DNA of 64,000 nucleotides, from contig OZ245011.1 in the NCBI GenBank assembly GCA_965223665.1, positions 3,776,001 through 3,840,000 of the forward strand. The letters run 5' to 3'. The notes under the pieces were generated by a model, which was not told the DNA's origin, searched no databases, and was given only the letters and a program-made list of their open reading frames with translations. A program made the translations under genes and the position numbers. Below, one piece after another: positions 1 through 8,619 of this stretch (positions are counted from its first letter, which is position 1; every line of letters begins with the position of its first letter). The stretch is from Nitrospinaceae bacterium (GTDB lineage: Bacteria; Nitrospinota; Nitrospinia; Nitrospinales; Nitrospinaceae).

Positions 1-431
1 TCAGCAGATTCCTTTTCGCCATATCGGTTAGTGGTTGTAATTAAATAAACCTGTCCTATAATTCCTGCTATATTTTCTTCTCTACCCGTATTTTCAATTT
101 TAGGTCTTTCTTCACGCCTCATTTGGTGTTGGTTACGATTAAGGAAACCACCGATACCAGACTGTTCAAACATTCGTCTCATTTCATCCATACTGGTAGC
201 CACCCATTCGTTATTATCTCTAGATACAATATATCCTTTACCGGTGTTCATAAGGGCATAGCTATCTGATCCCATATTCATCCTAAAATTATTTTCATCG
301 TGGTATTCCATAGAAACTGGCGGGCCATCTTTTATTTTCCATTTTCCCACTAAATCAGATGCATTTGGAGTAGTTAGCAAAATCAAAAAGGATAATGAAA
401 CAGATACAAAAAATGACGATAAAAATTTCAT
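1..431 (-). CDS. Secreted hypothetical protein, runs off the left edge of the window (possibly DUF4412-like)
   Basis: Not in the ORF track. ATG at 431 is preceded by GGAGG, and the frame is open to position 1: MKFLSSFFVSVSLSFLILLTTPNASDLVGKWKIKDGPP...ENTGREENIAGIIGQVY. It has an N-terminal signal peptide, and the TGxxExIAG segment resembles DUF4412-type proteins. Confidence 0.7.
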   Translation of the reverse strand, partial: MKFLSSFFVSVSLSFLILLTTPNASDLVGKWKIKDGPPVSMEYHDENNFRMNMGSDSYALMNTGKGYIVSRDNNEWVATSMDEMRRMFEQSGIGGFLNRNQHQMRREERPKIENTGREENIAGIIGQVYLITTTNRYGEKESA

Positions 432-685
432 GTTTGAATTTCCTCCCAAAGAATCCTAAAGCTTTACAACCTAGGTTCTAGTTTTTTAGGTTATTATACT
501 GTTTCAACTAACAATAACCAGTGGAAAAATGCGTATTCAATTTGAGGAAAGGGTTTTTCCTGTTCTCGGTAAATATTAATTAAAGAGTTTTTAAGTCCCA
601 TAAATTCAATGGGTTTAAGGGAGCGGGTTAAGCTAAGAGTTTTTAAAGTTTATTAATAAAATCAAAATTAAGGGAGAAGAGGGGA

Positions 686-3235
686 TTATTGAATTGCAAA
701 ATCTTTAAATTTTGTTTTTTTTACTTTTCCACCTCTGATGGATTTGTTCATAGAGGCGACTAATCGTTTTTGTAATTTTTCTTTAAAATATAAAATGTCA
801 TTGTAAAACTTTCGCTCAAGAAATTTTTCGACGGTTGTAATCATTATCTTTTCATAAACGGGTAAGGCTTCACGAACTAAATCAGCTGTTTCGGGAGAGC
901 TTAATTCTACTTCCAAAGTAAAGCTTAATACTCTGATGTCGGTTTGATTATAAGCTATGGGCATGATTGTATTTAGGGTAACAAAAGTTGAAGAAGCATT
1001 AATAGCTTCTCTAAGACTTTTGTCCTCCTTAGCGGCTTCGGTTTCAGAGGTTTCTGCTTGAGATAAAATTTTTGACTCACCTAATTCCTGAAGTAATGCT
1101 TCCTCCACAGAGTTTTCATTTTGGGTTGAAGGTTCACTATCTTTTGGAGAGACCTCATCCTCCGGTTTCATTTTTGCCATTTCCTCCTTTGAAGGTTGAA
1201 TGGCTTCTTCCAAAGATAGAACATCCTCTCCCTCCTCCAATTCTAATAAATCGGAGGGAACTTCTTTAGGAGAAAGCTCTTCTGGGATCTCAATTTCTTT
1301 CTTATCTATTTCTGCAAGCTCATCTGGAACAAAAGTTTTGTATGCAAAGTAACCACTTCCAGCGATTAGCAAAAAACCGCCTAAAACGCCAGCCAATATC
1401 ATGTCTCCTTTTTTTCCATGTGGAATTTCAAAAGGCCCTATTTTTCTTTTCTTGGGTTTAAATTCAAACTCATCATCATCCCCCTCGTATTCTGCAAATG
1501 CTTCTGGGGGTAATTCTTTTTCAGATTCTTCCGAGGGCAAGTTAGAATTGTCTAAGTCTACATTTGCTGAGTCAGCCAAAGCTTGGATTTCTTCATCCCC
1601 CTCTCCAAATGCTTCGTCCCACATTTCATCATCTTTTTTATCAGATTGCTCGGTGGATTTTGGAGAAGGTGTTTCTTCAGGGGTTTCTGAGTCGGTTTCA
1701 TTTGATTGGGATTGCTCTGCTTCCGTGGCATCCTGATCAGCGAAGGCTTGGGCCCAGAGATCTTCATCGCTGGGTTCTTCAGTACTGGATGGTTCTGTGC
1801 TGGCAGGGGTGTCTTCACTAGCGGTTGAGGGCTCCCCGGATTCAACTGTTGAGGCCTCTCCGCTCTCCGCCTGTTGGGCTTCCGTGGCGTCCTGGTCGGC
1901 GAAGGCTTGGGCCCAGAGATCTTCGTCGCTGGGTTCTTCAGCACTGGATGGTTCTGTGCTGGCAGGTGTGTCCTCACTAGTGGTTGAGGGATCCTCGGAT
2001 TCAACTGTTGAGGCCTCTCCGCTCTCCGCCTGTTGTGCTTCTGTGGCATCCTGATCAGCAAAAGCTTCCGCCCAGAGATCTTCATCGCTGGGTTCTTCAG
2101 TACTGGATGGTTCTGTGCTGGCAGGTGTGTCCTCACTAGTGGTTGAGGGCTCCCCGGATTCAACTGTTGAGGCCTCTCCGCTCTCCGCCTGTTGGGCTTC
2201 CGTGGCGTCCTGATCAGCAAAAGCTTCCGCCCAGAGATCTTCTTCACTGGGTTCTTCAGTACTGGATGGTTCTGTGCTGGCAGGTGTGTCTTCACTAGCG
2301 GTTGAGGGATCCTCGGATTCAACTGTTGAGGCCTCTCCGCTCTCCGCCTGTTGTGCTTCTGTGGCATCCTGATCAGCAAAAGCTTCCGCCCAGAGATCTT
2401 CATCGCTGGGTTCTTCTTTGCTACTATCCTTAGAGGTTTCTATAGACTCATTTGTTGAAGAATCCTGATTTTTAGTACTAACTGATTCAGTTTCTTTTAG
2501 TGCTTCAGACTCCCCACTATTAGAATCTGAAGTTTCAGGGTCAGTATTTGATTTATTTTTTGGAATGTCTTCATTTTCTAACTCATGATCCTCACCATGG
2601 ATTTCTGAATTTTCTTCAGGTTGTTCTAAGCTTTCCTGGACCGCATCTTCCCAAATTTGATCCAGTGCTTCATCCTTTATTGAATTTGGGTCCGAAGATT
2701 GGTTTGATTCTGCAGGTAAATCAGTTTTTATTTCTGAGTCGTCTAAATTTTTGTTGATTTCGCCGGGTTTAAGTGAATCTCTACCTGAAGTTTCATTTAA
2801 AGGAGTAGGTTCATCTTCTTCTATTATTTTGTCTATAAGATTTTCCAGTTCAGGTGACTCATCGTTTTTCAATGAGTTTCCTTCAGTTGAAGATTCAGAA
2901 ATATTTTTTGCAGAATTTTCGGCTTCATCCTCCAATTCTTTATGTATTATTTCATCAAGAAAAGCCTCGATTTCTGGGTCCTTACCCAAAGACCCCTTAC
3001 TTTCGGGTTGACTTATACCTTCATCGAGGGATAATGAGTCTTCATTTACATCAACATCTGAGTTTGAAGAGGTAAATGTAGAGGTGACTTGAGAACCTAC
3101 TGGCTGTTCTACAATTTCAGGTTTAACAAGAAAGATGTTTAGGCACTTGGCACACTGGACATCTCTACCTGAATCGTCCAGATCGGGAAGATCGACTTTG
3201 TAAGCAGCCTGGCATTTTGGACAAATTATTTTCAT
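686..3235 (-). CDS. Zinc-ribbon (MJ0042-type) + long acidic repeat region + single TM + FliL-like C-terminal domain
   Basis: N-terminal CPKC...CAKC. The D/E/S/P-rich middle contains 53-aa repeats. TM segment ILAGVLGGFLLIAGSGYFAY. The C-terminus (LEVELSS...KEKLQKRL..MN......KVKKTKFKDFAIQ) matches the FliL pattern. Confidence 0.8.
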   Translation of the reverse strand: MKIICPKCQAAYKVDLPDLDDSGRDVQCAKCLNIFLVKPEIVEQPVGSQVTSTFTSSNSDVDVNEDSLSLDEGISQPESKGSLGKDPEIEAFLDEIIHKELEDEAENSAKNISESSTEGNSLKNDESPELENLIDKIIEEDEPTPLNETSGRDSLKPGEINKNLDDSEIKTDLPAESNQSSDPNSIKDEALDQIWEDAVQESLEQPEENSEIHGEDHELENEDIPKNKSNTDPETSDSNSGESEALKETESVSTKNQDSSTNESIETSKDSSKEEPSDEDLWAEAFADQDATEAQQAESGEASTVESEDPSTASEDTPASTEPSSTEEPSEEDLWAEAFADQDATEAQQAESGEASTVESGEPSTTSEDTPASTEPSSTEEPSDEDLWAEAFADQDATEAQQAESGEASTVESEDPSTTSEDTPASTEPSSAEEPSDEDLWAQAFADQDATEAQQAESGEASTVESGEPSTASEDTPASTEPSSTEEPSDEDLWAQAFADQDATEAEQSQSNETDSETPEETPSPKSTEQSDKKDDEMWDEAFGEGDEEIQALADSANVDLDNSNLPSEESEKELPPEAFAEYEGDDDEFEFKPKKRKIGPFEIPHGKKGDMILAGVLGGFLLIAGSGYFAYKTFVPDELAEIDKKEIEIPEELSPKEVPSDLLELEEGEDVLSLEEAIQPSKEEMAKMKPEDEVSPKDSEPSTQNENSVEEALLQELGESKILSQAETSETEAAKEDKSLREAINASSTFVTLNTIMPIAYNQTDIRVLSFTLEVELSSPETADLVREALPVYEKIMITTVEKFLERKFYNDILYFKEKLQKRLVASMNKSIRGGKVKKTKFKDFAIQ
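1718..2416 (-). repeat. Intragenic tandem repeat, 159 bp (53 aa) x about 4.4
   Basis: The motif gatcttc(a/g/t)tc(g/a)ctgggttcttc recurs every 159 bp. The unit encodes EEPSDEDLWA(E/Q)AFADQDATEAQQAESGEASTVES(ED/GE)PST(A/T)SEDTPASTEPSS(T/A). Confidence 0.95.
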
Positions 3236-3513
3236 AACCTTTTTAATATAAAGGGCTTATACAAATATTATAGAAGTTTCTTTTTATTATTCAATAGGTT
3301 GTTGAAGGTGATTTAATTGTGAATAGAAAAAATGTTATTTTTTAGGAATTTGAAAACCAATAATTTGCCCTAAAAATATTTTTAAGAATTCGACTTTGTG
3401 GGTTTAAATTCAGTGGTTCTTATGGAATAATTCGTTGGAATTATTAAATTTACACCCAATAAACTAAGGGTAAATTTATTAAAGTTTTTGGTTTGCATAA
3501 TACAAGTTGAAAA

Positions 3514-4194
3514 ATGAAACTTTTTAAAAACCAAAATACATTATTTTCGTTTCTTGTAGCATTTGCGCTATTAGGGAATTTTTCTTGGAATCCTTCATAC
3601 ATAGAAGGAATTTCATATGACTCTAACGCTTTGTTGAAACTTGAGAAAAAAGTTTTTCAAAAAATTTCAGCCGATAAAAGGGACTTCCTTTTTGAGAAAG
3701 AACAGAGGACCCGTCTTCAGATTGTCAGAGTATTGTCTCATGTAATATCCAAATATCATACGGGTTTGGATAACCAAACAGTTAGAATGTTACCTAATTT
3801 GATATTAGAAGAAAGTGGGAAATATGGATACGACCCACTTTTTATAACCGCACTTATTATTACCGAAAGTTCCTTTAATAATTGGGCGCAGTCCAAGGTA
3901 GGGGCTTTAGGATTGATGCAAATTAAACCTCGAACAGCTTTTGCAGTTGCTAAAGAAAAATCAATGCGTTGGAGAGGAAAACCTTCTTTATTTCACCCTG
4001 AAACAAATATTGCAATTGGTAGCTATTATTTAAATAAGATGCATAAGAGATTTCAGGATATGGAATTAGCTTTGGAAGCTTATAACCATGGTCCCACCCA
4101 ATTAATGCGCTTTCTTCATAAGGGGAATCCTCCTTACAAATATTCTTCAAAAGTTTTTAGTATTTATGATGACTTAAAAAACCAAACAATTTAG
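3514..4194 (+). CDS. Lytic transglycosylase (SLT domain)
   Basis: Motifs ITESSFN, GALGLMQI and AYNHGP; N-terminal hydrophobic segment. Confidence 0.9.
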   Translation: MKLFKNQNTLFSFLVAFALLGNFSWNPSYIEGISYDSNALLKLEKKVFQKISADKRDFLFEKEQRTRLQIVRVLSHVISKYHTGLDNQTVRMLPNLILEESGKYGYDPLFITALIITESSFNNWAQSKVGALGLMQIKPRTAFAVAKEKSMRWRGKPSLFHPETNIAIGSYYLNKMHKRFQDMELALEAYNHGPTQLMRFLHKGNPPYKYSSKVFSIYDDLKNQTI

Positions 4195-4283
4195 AATTAT
4201 ATATTAAAATTTAAATTTCCCCCCTGAATCATCCATTGTAAATTTTTGTTTTTTTTATATATAAATGTTTATAATTAAAAAAT

Positions 4284-4727
4284 ATGGCGATTTCTAAAGT
4301 TCCCCTAATTTTGAAAGTTTATGGGTCAACTCAGGGAAAAAAAGTCCCATCATTTTCGAGTATAGTATTAAGAAATCTATTTATAGTATTTCTGAGTTTG
4401 AGCTTAGGGATAGGATGCTATACAAAAAAAATAGAAGAAGCCTTTGATGGAGACTTTTCGTCAAAAGAAAATAATCAAATCATCAATGATTATTGTAAAG
4501 GATGTCATATACATCGAGAATTTGAGCCCTCGGAGCATGTTAAAGAGGTGGCTAAGCAATACCGGAGGAAAGTTTTTCGTTTTACTTCTGAGTGCAGGAC
4601 TTGTCATTATTTAGAAAAGAAATTCTCTTTAAATGATTTTCTTCGTAAAACTCGGAGACCTAAAGAAGCGAATCAAGGGAAATTCCGAGAATTTGAAATA
4701 CAGGAATTAAGATCTAAAAAAAAGTAG
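4284..4727 (+). CDS. Putative diheme c-type cytochrome lipoprotein
   Basis: Two CxxCH motifs (CKGCH, CRTCH). A hydrophobic stretch ends in the lipobox-like LGIGC. The true start may lie downstream. Confidence 0.7.
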   Translation: MAISKVPLILKVYGSTQGKKVPSFSSIVLRNLFIVFLSLSLGIGCYTKKIEEAFDGDFSSKENNQIINDYCKGCHIHREFEPSEHVKEVAKQYRRKVFRFTSECRTCHYLEKKFSLNDFLRKTRRPKEANQGKFREFEIQELRSKKK

Positions 4728-4821
4728 CAGGAGCTTAATCTGCTATTAGTCCCCCAATTAGAAAAGTTGAAAACTTTTCTAACAAAATGTCACACCCGTT
4801 AATTCTTTATTCGGTTTAATC

Positions 4822-6933
4822 TTGAAAACAATATTTCAATTTACAATTCTTTCATTTATTTTTTTATTTTGGAGTTTTACTTTTCCCCTCTCTTCAGCCT
4901 TCGCGCTTTCTCTAGGTCCGATGCAAGTCAAAAGTGCATTTGGAGACCCTTTCCATGCAGAAATAAAAATAGTGGTAAAAGATACGAATAACTTGGAAAT
5001 TTCTATAGGTGAAAGTCAGGATTATCAATTATTAGAAATTGATCGCCCAAGTGTTGTTGATCAATTGGCCGTTCAAATTCCCACCAAAATTGAAGGAGGA
5101 GTTTTTTATTTGAAGGTGTTTTCTAAGCGACCTTTTTTTTATCCTTCATTTAATTTGTTAATAAAGGTGACTCAAGGAGGAGGAACAATTTTTGAAAATT
5201 ATTTAGTCACGGTTGATTTTCGTCAAAGTGTTTCATTAAAACTAAAGGCGGATAAAGAATCATCTTCACCGGAAGAGGCTTCTACCCTTCAGCAAGGGAA
5301 AAAAGAAATGATTGTCCCTTCGAATGAGAGCGTGGGGATGGGGGTTGAAAAACCAATAACCCAAAAACGAAAAGCCAGGGTAAAAGAAGCTGGTATCCAT
5401 CCCACGCCTCTTATTGTCCGTGAATTGCCTGAAATAAAATATCCTAAAAGTTTTCCGAAGAAAGTCATTGAAGATTTGGAACCTCCCATGACTTCGGCTC
5501 AACTTTTAGACAAGCCAACGAAAACTTTATCCTCCAAAATTAAACGATCAAGAATTAAACATAAGGACCAAAGCTCAGAAGTCCGTAAGACTGAAATTAA
5601 AGAAAAAATAAATCAGAACTCTAAGGAAATTTCCAAAAAAAATGAAATAGATACCAACGCTTTTTCAAAAAAACAACGAGGGTTAATTGAAACTCTAAAT
5701 TCGAATCAAAGTTATGGGCCAATAAAAAAAGGAGAAAGCCTTATTGCAATTGCAAGAAACCTTCTAACTGAATCCTCGAATGCAACTAAGGTGGCAGCCG
5801 CTTTATGGATGGACAACCAGGAACAATTTATTAATAACAATATCCATGGTTTGAAAAGTGGGGCAAAACTTTCTCTTAAAAACTTAAAGAATCGTATTGA
5901 GGACATTACTTTTTCTAAAGCTAAATGGATTATTAAAAACCATTGGCAAGAATGGAAATTGATAAATGAAAGGAAAAGAAATTCTGTTGAAAAAGTAATG
6001 GCACCCCTTATAAATGAATTGTTAATTCCTCAAGAAAATCCTGAAAAAAAATTAGCAATACACGAAGTCCTGGAAAATTGGAGAAATAGCTGGGAAAAAG
6101 GGGACTTGAAAAAACATTTAAGCTTTTTCTCAAAGAAACCCAGGAACTCGATAGAAAAAATAAATAAAGATTTTGAATATTATAGTCGGTTTAAAAAAAT
6201 GATGTTTCGTCGACATAAAAATGTGCGAATACTAATTCATCAACCTAAAATTGTTATTTTGGATAATAAGGCTTTTGTCGGATTTCATCAAACCTTTGAC
6301 TCGGATTTAATAAAGAGCTTTGGCTGGAAATCTTTGGAGTTGATTGAGGAGGACCAAGAATGGAAAATTTTAAAAGAAAAGTTTTCTGTAAAAGAATTCT
6401 TTGATAGGACAAAGTTAGAAGAACAGAAGCCGGATGATTCTAAATTTATGCCTAATATGAACTCTCAGTTTCCCTATGTGATTCACGCTAGCACCAAAAT
6501 CGATAAATTAGATTCGACTCAATTGGTGAATCAACTTCGCGAATTAGGTTTTGCGGCTTACTCTGCGCCACTGTATGTCGGGCCTTCAAGAGAAATTTAT
6601 CGAGTTTTTGTGGGGAGATTCTCAGAAAAAGAGCATTCGGAGAAAGTATCGGCTGTGCTCCGAGACACAGGTTTGACACCTTTTGCGGTGGCATTAGAAA
6701 TTCCATATTCATTAGAAATTGGTGAATTTTTGGATGAGGAAAACGCTTTGGAAAAATCTAAAATGATACAGGGAAAAGGTTATTCATCTTTTTTATTTTC
6801 GTTGAAGGAATCTGGAAAAGAAGAGGCTAATGTCAAAGTTTTCTTAGGGGCATTTTTGAAAAAGGAAAATGCAATTAGGATGTCAAAAGAACTTACCGCA
6901 AATTCCATAGACTGGAATTTGGTGACTCCATAA
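4822..6933 (+). CDS. FimV-like N-terminus + LysM-like + NTF2-like + tandem SPOR-domain protein
   Basis: Signal peptide, then ALSLGPMQVKSAFGDPFHAEI (FimV N-terminal pattern). YGPIKKGESLIAIA...N.EQFINNNIHGLKSG is FimV LysM-like. LENWRNSWEKGDLKKHLSFFS is NTF2/Cds6-like. YRVFVGRF and KVFLGAF are SPOR-type. Confidence 0.7.
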   Translation: MKTIFQFTILSFIFLFWSFTFPLSSAFALSLGPMQVKSAFGDPFHAEIKIVVKDTNNLEISIGESQDYQLLEIDRPSVVDQLAVQIPTKIEGGVFYLKVFSKRPFFYPSFNLLIKVTQGGGTIFENYLVTVDFRQSVSLKLKADKESSSPEEASTLQQGKKEMIVPSNESVGMGVEKPITQKRKARVKEAGIHPTPLIVRELPEIKYPKSFPKKVIEDLEPPMTSAQLLDKPTKTLSSKIKRSRIKHKDQSSEVRKTEIKEKINQNSKEISKKNEIDTNAFSKKQRGLIETLNSNQSYGPIKKGESLIAIARNLLTESSNATKVAAALWMDNQEQFINNNIHGLKSGAKLSLKNLKNRIEDITFSKAKWIIKNHWQEWKLINERKRNSVEKVMAPLINELLIPQENPEKKLAIHEVLENWRNSWEKGDLKKHLSFFSKKPRNSIEKINKDFEYYSRFKKMMFRRHKNVRILIHQPKIVILDNKAFVGFHQTFDSDLIKSFGWKSLELIEEDQEWKILKEKFSVKEFFDRTKLEEQKPDDSKFMPNMNSQFPYVIHASTKIDKLDSTQLVNQLRELGFAAYSAPLYVGPSREIYRVFVGRFSEKEHSEKVSAVLRDTGLTPFAVALEIPYSLEIGEFLDEENALEKSKMIQGKGYSSFLFSLKESGKEEANVKVFLGAFLKKENAIRMSKELTANSIDWNLVTP

Positions 6934-6943
6934 GAATTCCGCG

Positions 6944-6975
6944 AAAAAAAAGCCCAGGTAAAAGTTACCTGGGCT
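6944..6975 (-). terminator. Intrinsic terminator for hup
   Basis: Perfect stem agcccaggtaa-aag-ttacctgggct, with an A-run on the left (U-tail on the minus strand), between convergent genes. Confidence 0.85.
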
Positions 6976-7017
6976 GAAATTCAATTCGATCTCTCAGCTC
7001 TCAATGGATAATTCGGG

Positions 7018-7296
7018 TTACAGCATACCTTTTAGGGTTGGAGCAGGCTTAAAGCCACAAGTCTTACTGGCTTTAATTTTAATTTCTTCACCGGTTTGAG
7101 GGTTTCTACCTTTGCGCGCCTTGCGTGTTCTTACAGTAAAGGTACCGAATCCCGGATAAGAAAAACGCTTGTCCTTTTTGATGGCCTTAGAAATTGATTC
7201 GAATGCTGCATCAATAACATCTCCAGCCAATCTCTTACTTAGGTTAGAATCTTTAACATTTTTTTGTACGGTGGCAATCAACTCGTCTTTAGTCAA
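7018..7296 (-). CDS. hup: HU family DNA-binding protein
   Basis: MTKDELIA...GFGTFTVRTRKARKGRNPQTGEEIKI. TTG start with an AGGAGG SD. Confidence 0.95.
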   Translation of the reverse strand: MTKDELIATVQKNVKDSNLSKRLAGDVIDAAFESISKAIKKDKRFSYPGFGTFTVRTRKARKGRNPQTGEEIKIKASKTCGFKPAPTLKGML

Positions 7297-7342
7297 TTAA
7301 CATCGCCTCCTTTCACAGGTGGGAAGTTTATAAGCGGGTGTA

Positions 7343-7370
7343 ATTATAAAAAATGAGGGGTAAATGTCAA
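7343..7370 (-). promoter_or_regulatory. Consensus sigma70 promoter of hup
   Basis: Minus strand TTGACA (7370-7365), 16-nt spacer, TATAAT (7348-7343). Confidence 0.8.
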
Positions 7371-7683
7371 TCAAAAAATCAAAGCGGTCATCTCTTTTTT
7401 CCCCAGCAAAATAAGGTGATTGAGGTGGTAGCACCTTGAAAATGCTTTATGTTAAAATCTCTTTATGAGTTTACCTTGTAGGGGTATTTTTCTAACCCCA
7501 AGGTTTGAGATTTTATAAAGTTAAAACGCAGATACTTAGAAATTAATTGAGAAAAAATATAAATTAATTTTTTATTTGAGAGCTCTAAAATTGATATATT
7601 TTTTTCGTTAATCAGTTAGAACTTTATGGAAGATTAATATTTTAAAATAAGAATTCTTTAAATAAAGCCAAGGGAGAAAGAAT

Positions 7684-8259
7684 GTGGCTGTATTAGACAT
7701 AGCGCATATGGGCAATCCCATTTTGAGACAAAAAGCTTTACCTGTTAATTTGGATGAATTAATAGATCCCAATAACCCAGAATTGCAACGGTTTATTGAT
7801 GACCTTATCGATACCATGCATGATGAAGGGGGAGTCGGTATTGCTGCACCTCAGGTATCCCGTTCTTTGCAAATTGTAATTGCAGAATGTGAATCGAACG
7901 AAAGATATCCGGAGCAAAAAAACGTTCCTTTGACGGTTTTGGTTAATCCAGAAATTACTTATCTAAGTAAAGAAAAAGTTTCCTTTTGGGAAGGTTGTTT
8001 AAGTTTGAAAGATCTGAGAGGCTTGGTATCCAGGTCCAAAGAAATTCATGTTGAAGCATGGTCCCGTTATGGAGAAAAGTTTGAAATAAAGACGGACGGG
8101 TTTTTGTCAATAATTCTTCAACATGAAATTGACCATTTAAAAGGTAAATTATTTATTGACCGAATTGAGGATTTGAAATATTTATCTTATCTTGACGAGT
8201 ATCAAAAATATTGGCTTGAGGAGTTTGTTCACACTGAAGAACAGGAAAAATCGTTATGA
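7684..8259 (+). CDS. def: Peptide deformylase
   Basis: GVGIAAPQ, EGCLS and QHEIDH motifs; GTG start. Confidence 0.95.
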   Translation: MAVLDIAHMGNPILRQKALPVNLDELIDPNNPELQRFIDDLIDTMHDEGGVGIAAPQVSRSLQIVIAECESNERYPEQKNVPLTVLVNPEITYLSKEKVSFWEGCLSLKDLRGLVSRSKEIHVEAWSRYGEKFEIKTDGFLSIILQHEIDHLKGKLFIDRIEDLKYLSYLDEYQKYWLEEFVHTEEQEKSL

Positions 8260-8609
8260 GTTTTGATCGGCAGTCTTTCGAAGAAGAAGTTTTAAAACTA
8301 TATTATGAGCCAATTATTGGAGCAAATTATACCAACACCTATGGAGAAGAGAATTTGGTGAATTTGGTAAAAAAATATAGAAGCTTACCTCCAGAAAAAA
8401 TGGATGTAATGCGAGAGATGGTTATTAATTTTTCTCAATCTCAAGATTTGGGGTCTAGCTTTGTTTCGGTGGGTGTATTACACGCGTTAGGAATGAGTGA
8501 TGAGGTGACAGCCGCTTACGACTGGGCTCAAACACAAGAAGACTGCCAAATGATTACCAGTCACTTTGATATTGGTAAATCACTAGCAGATCATTTTATT
8601 GCCAGCTAA
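8256..8609 (+). CDS. Hypothetical protein, translationally coupled to def
   Basis: ATGA overlap with the def stop; 117-aa helical-looking ORF. Confidence 0.75.
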   Translation: MSFDRQSFEEEVLKLYYEPIIGANYTNTYGEENLVNLVKKYRSLPPEKMDVMREMVINFSQSQDLGSSFVSVGVLHALGMSDEVTAAYDWAQTQEDCQMITSHFDIGKSLADHFIAS

Positions 8610-8619
8610 GATTAAATTA

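Noticed and set aside
1558-2403. 281-aa alternative-frame ORF within the ZnR-FliL gene
   Set aside because: It stays open only because the 159-bp repeat lacks stops in that frame. It has no SD and no recognisable domain.
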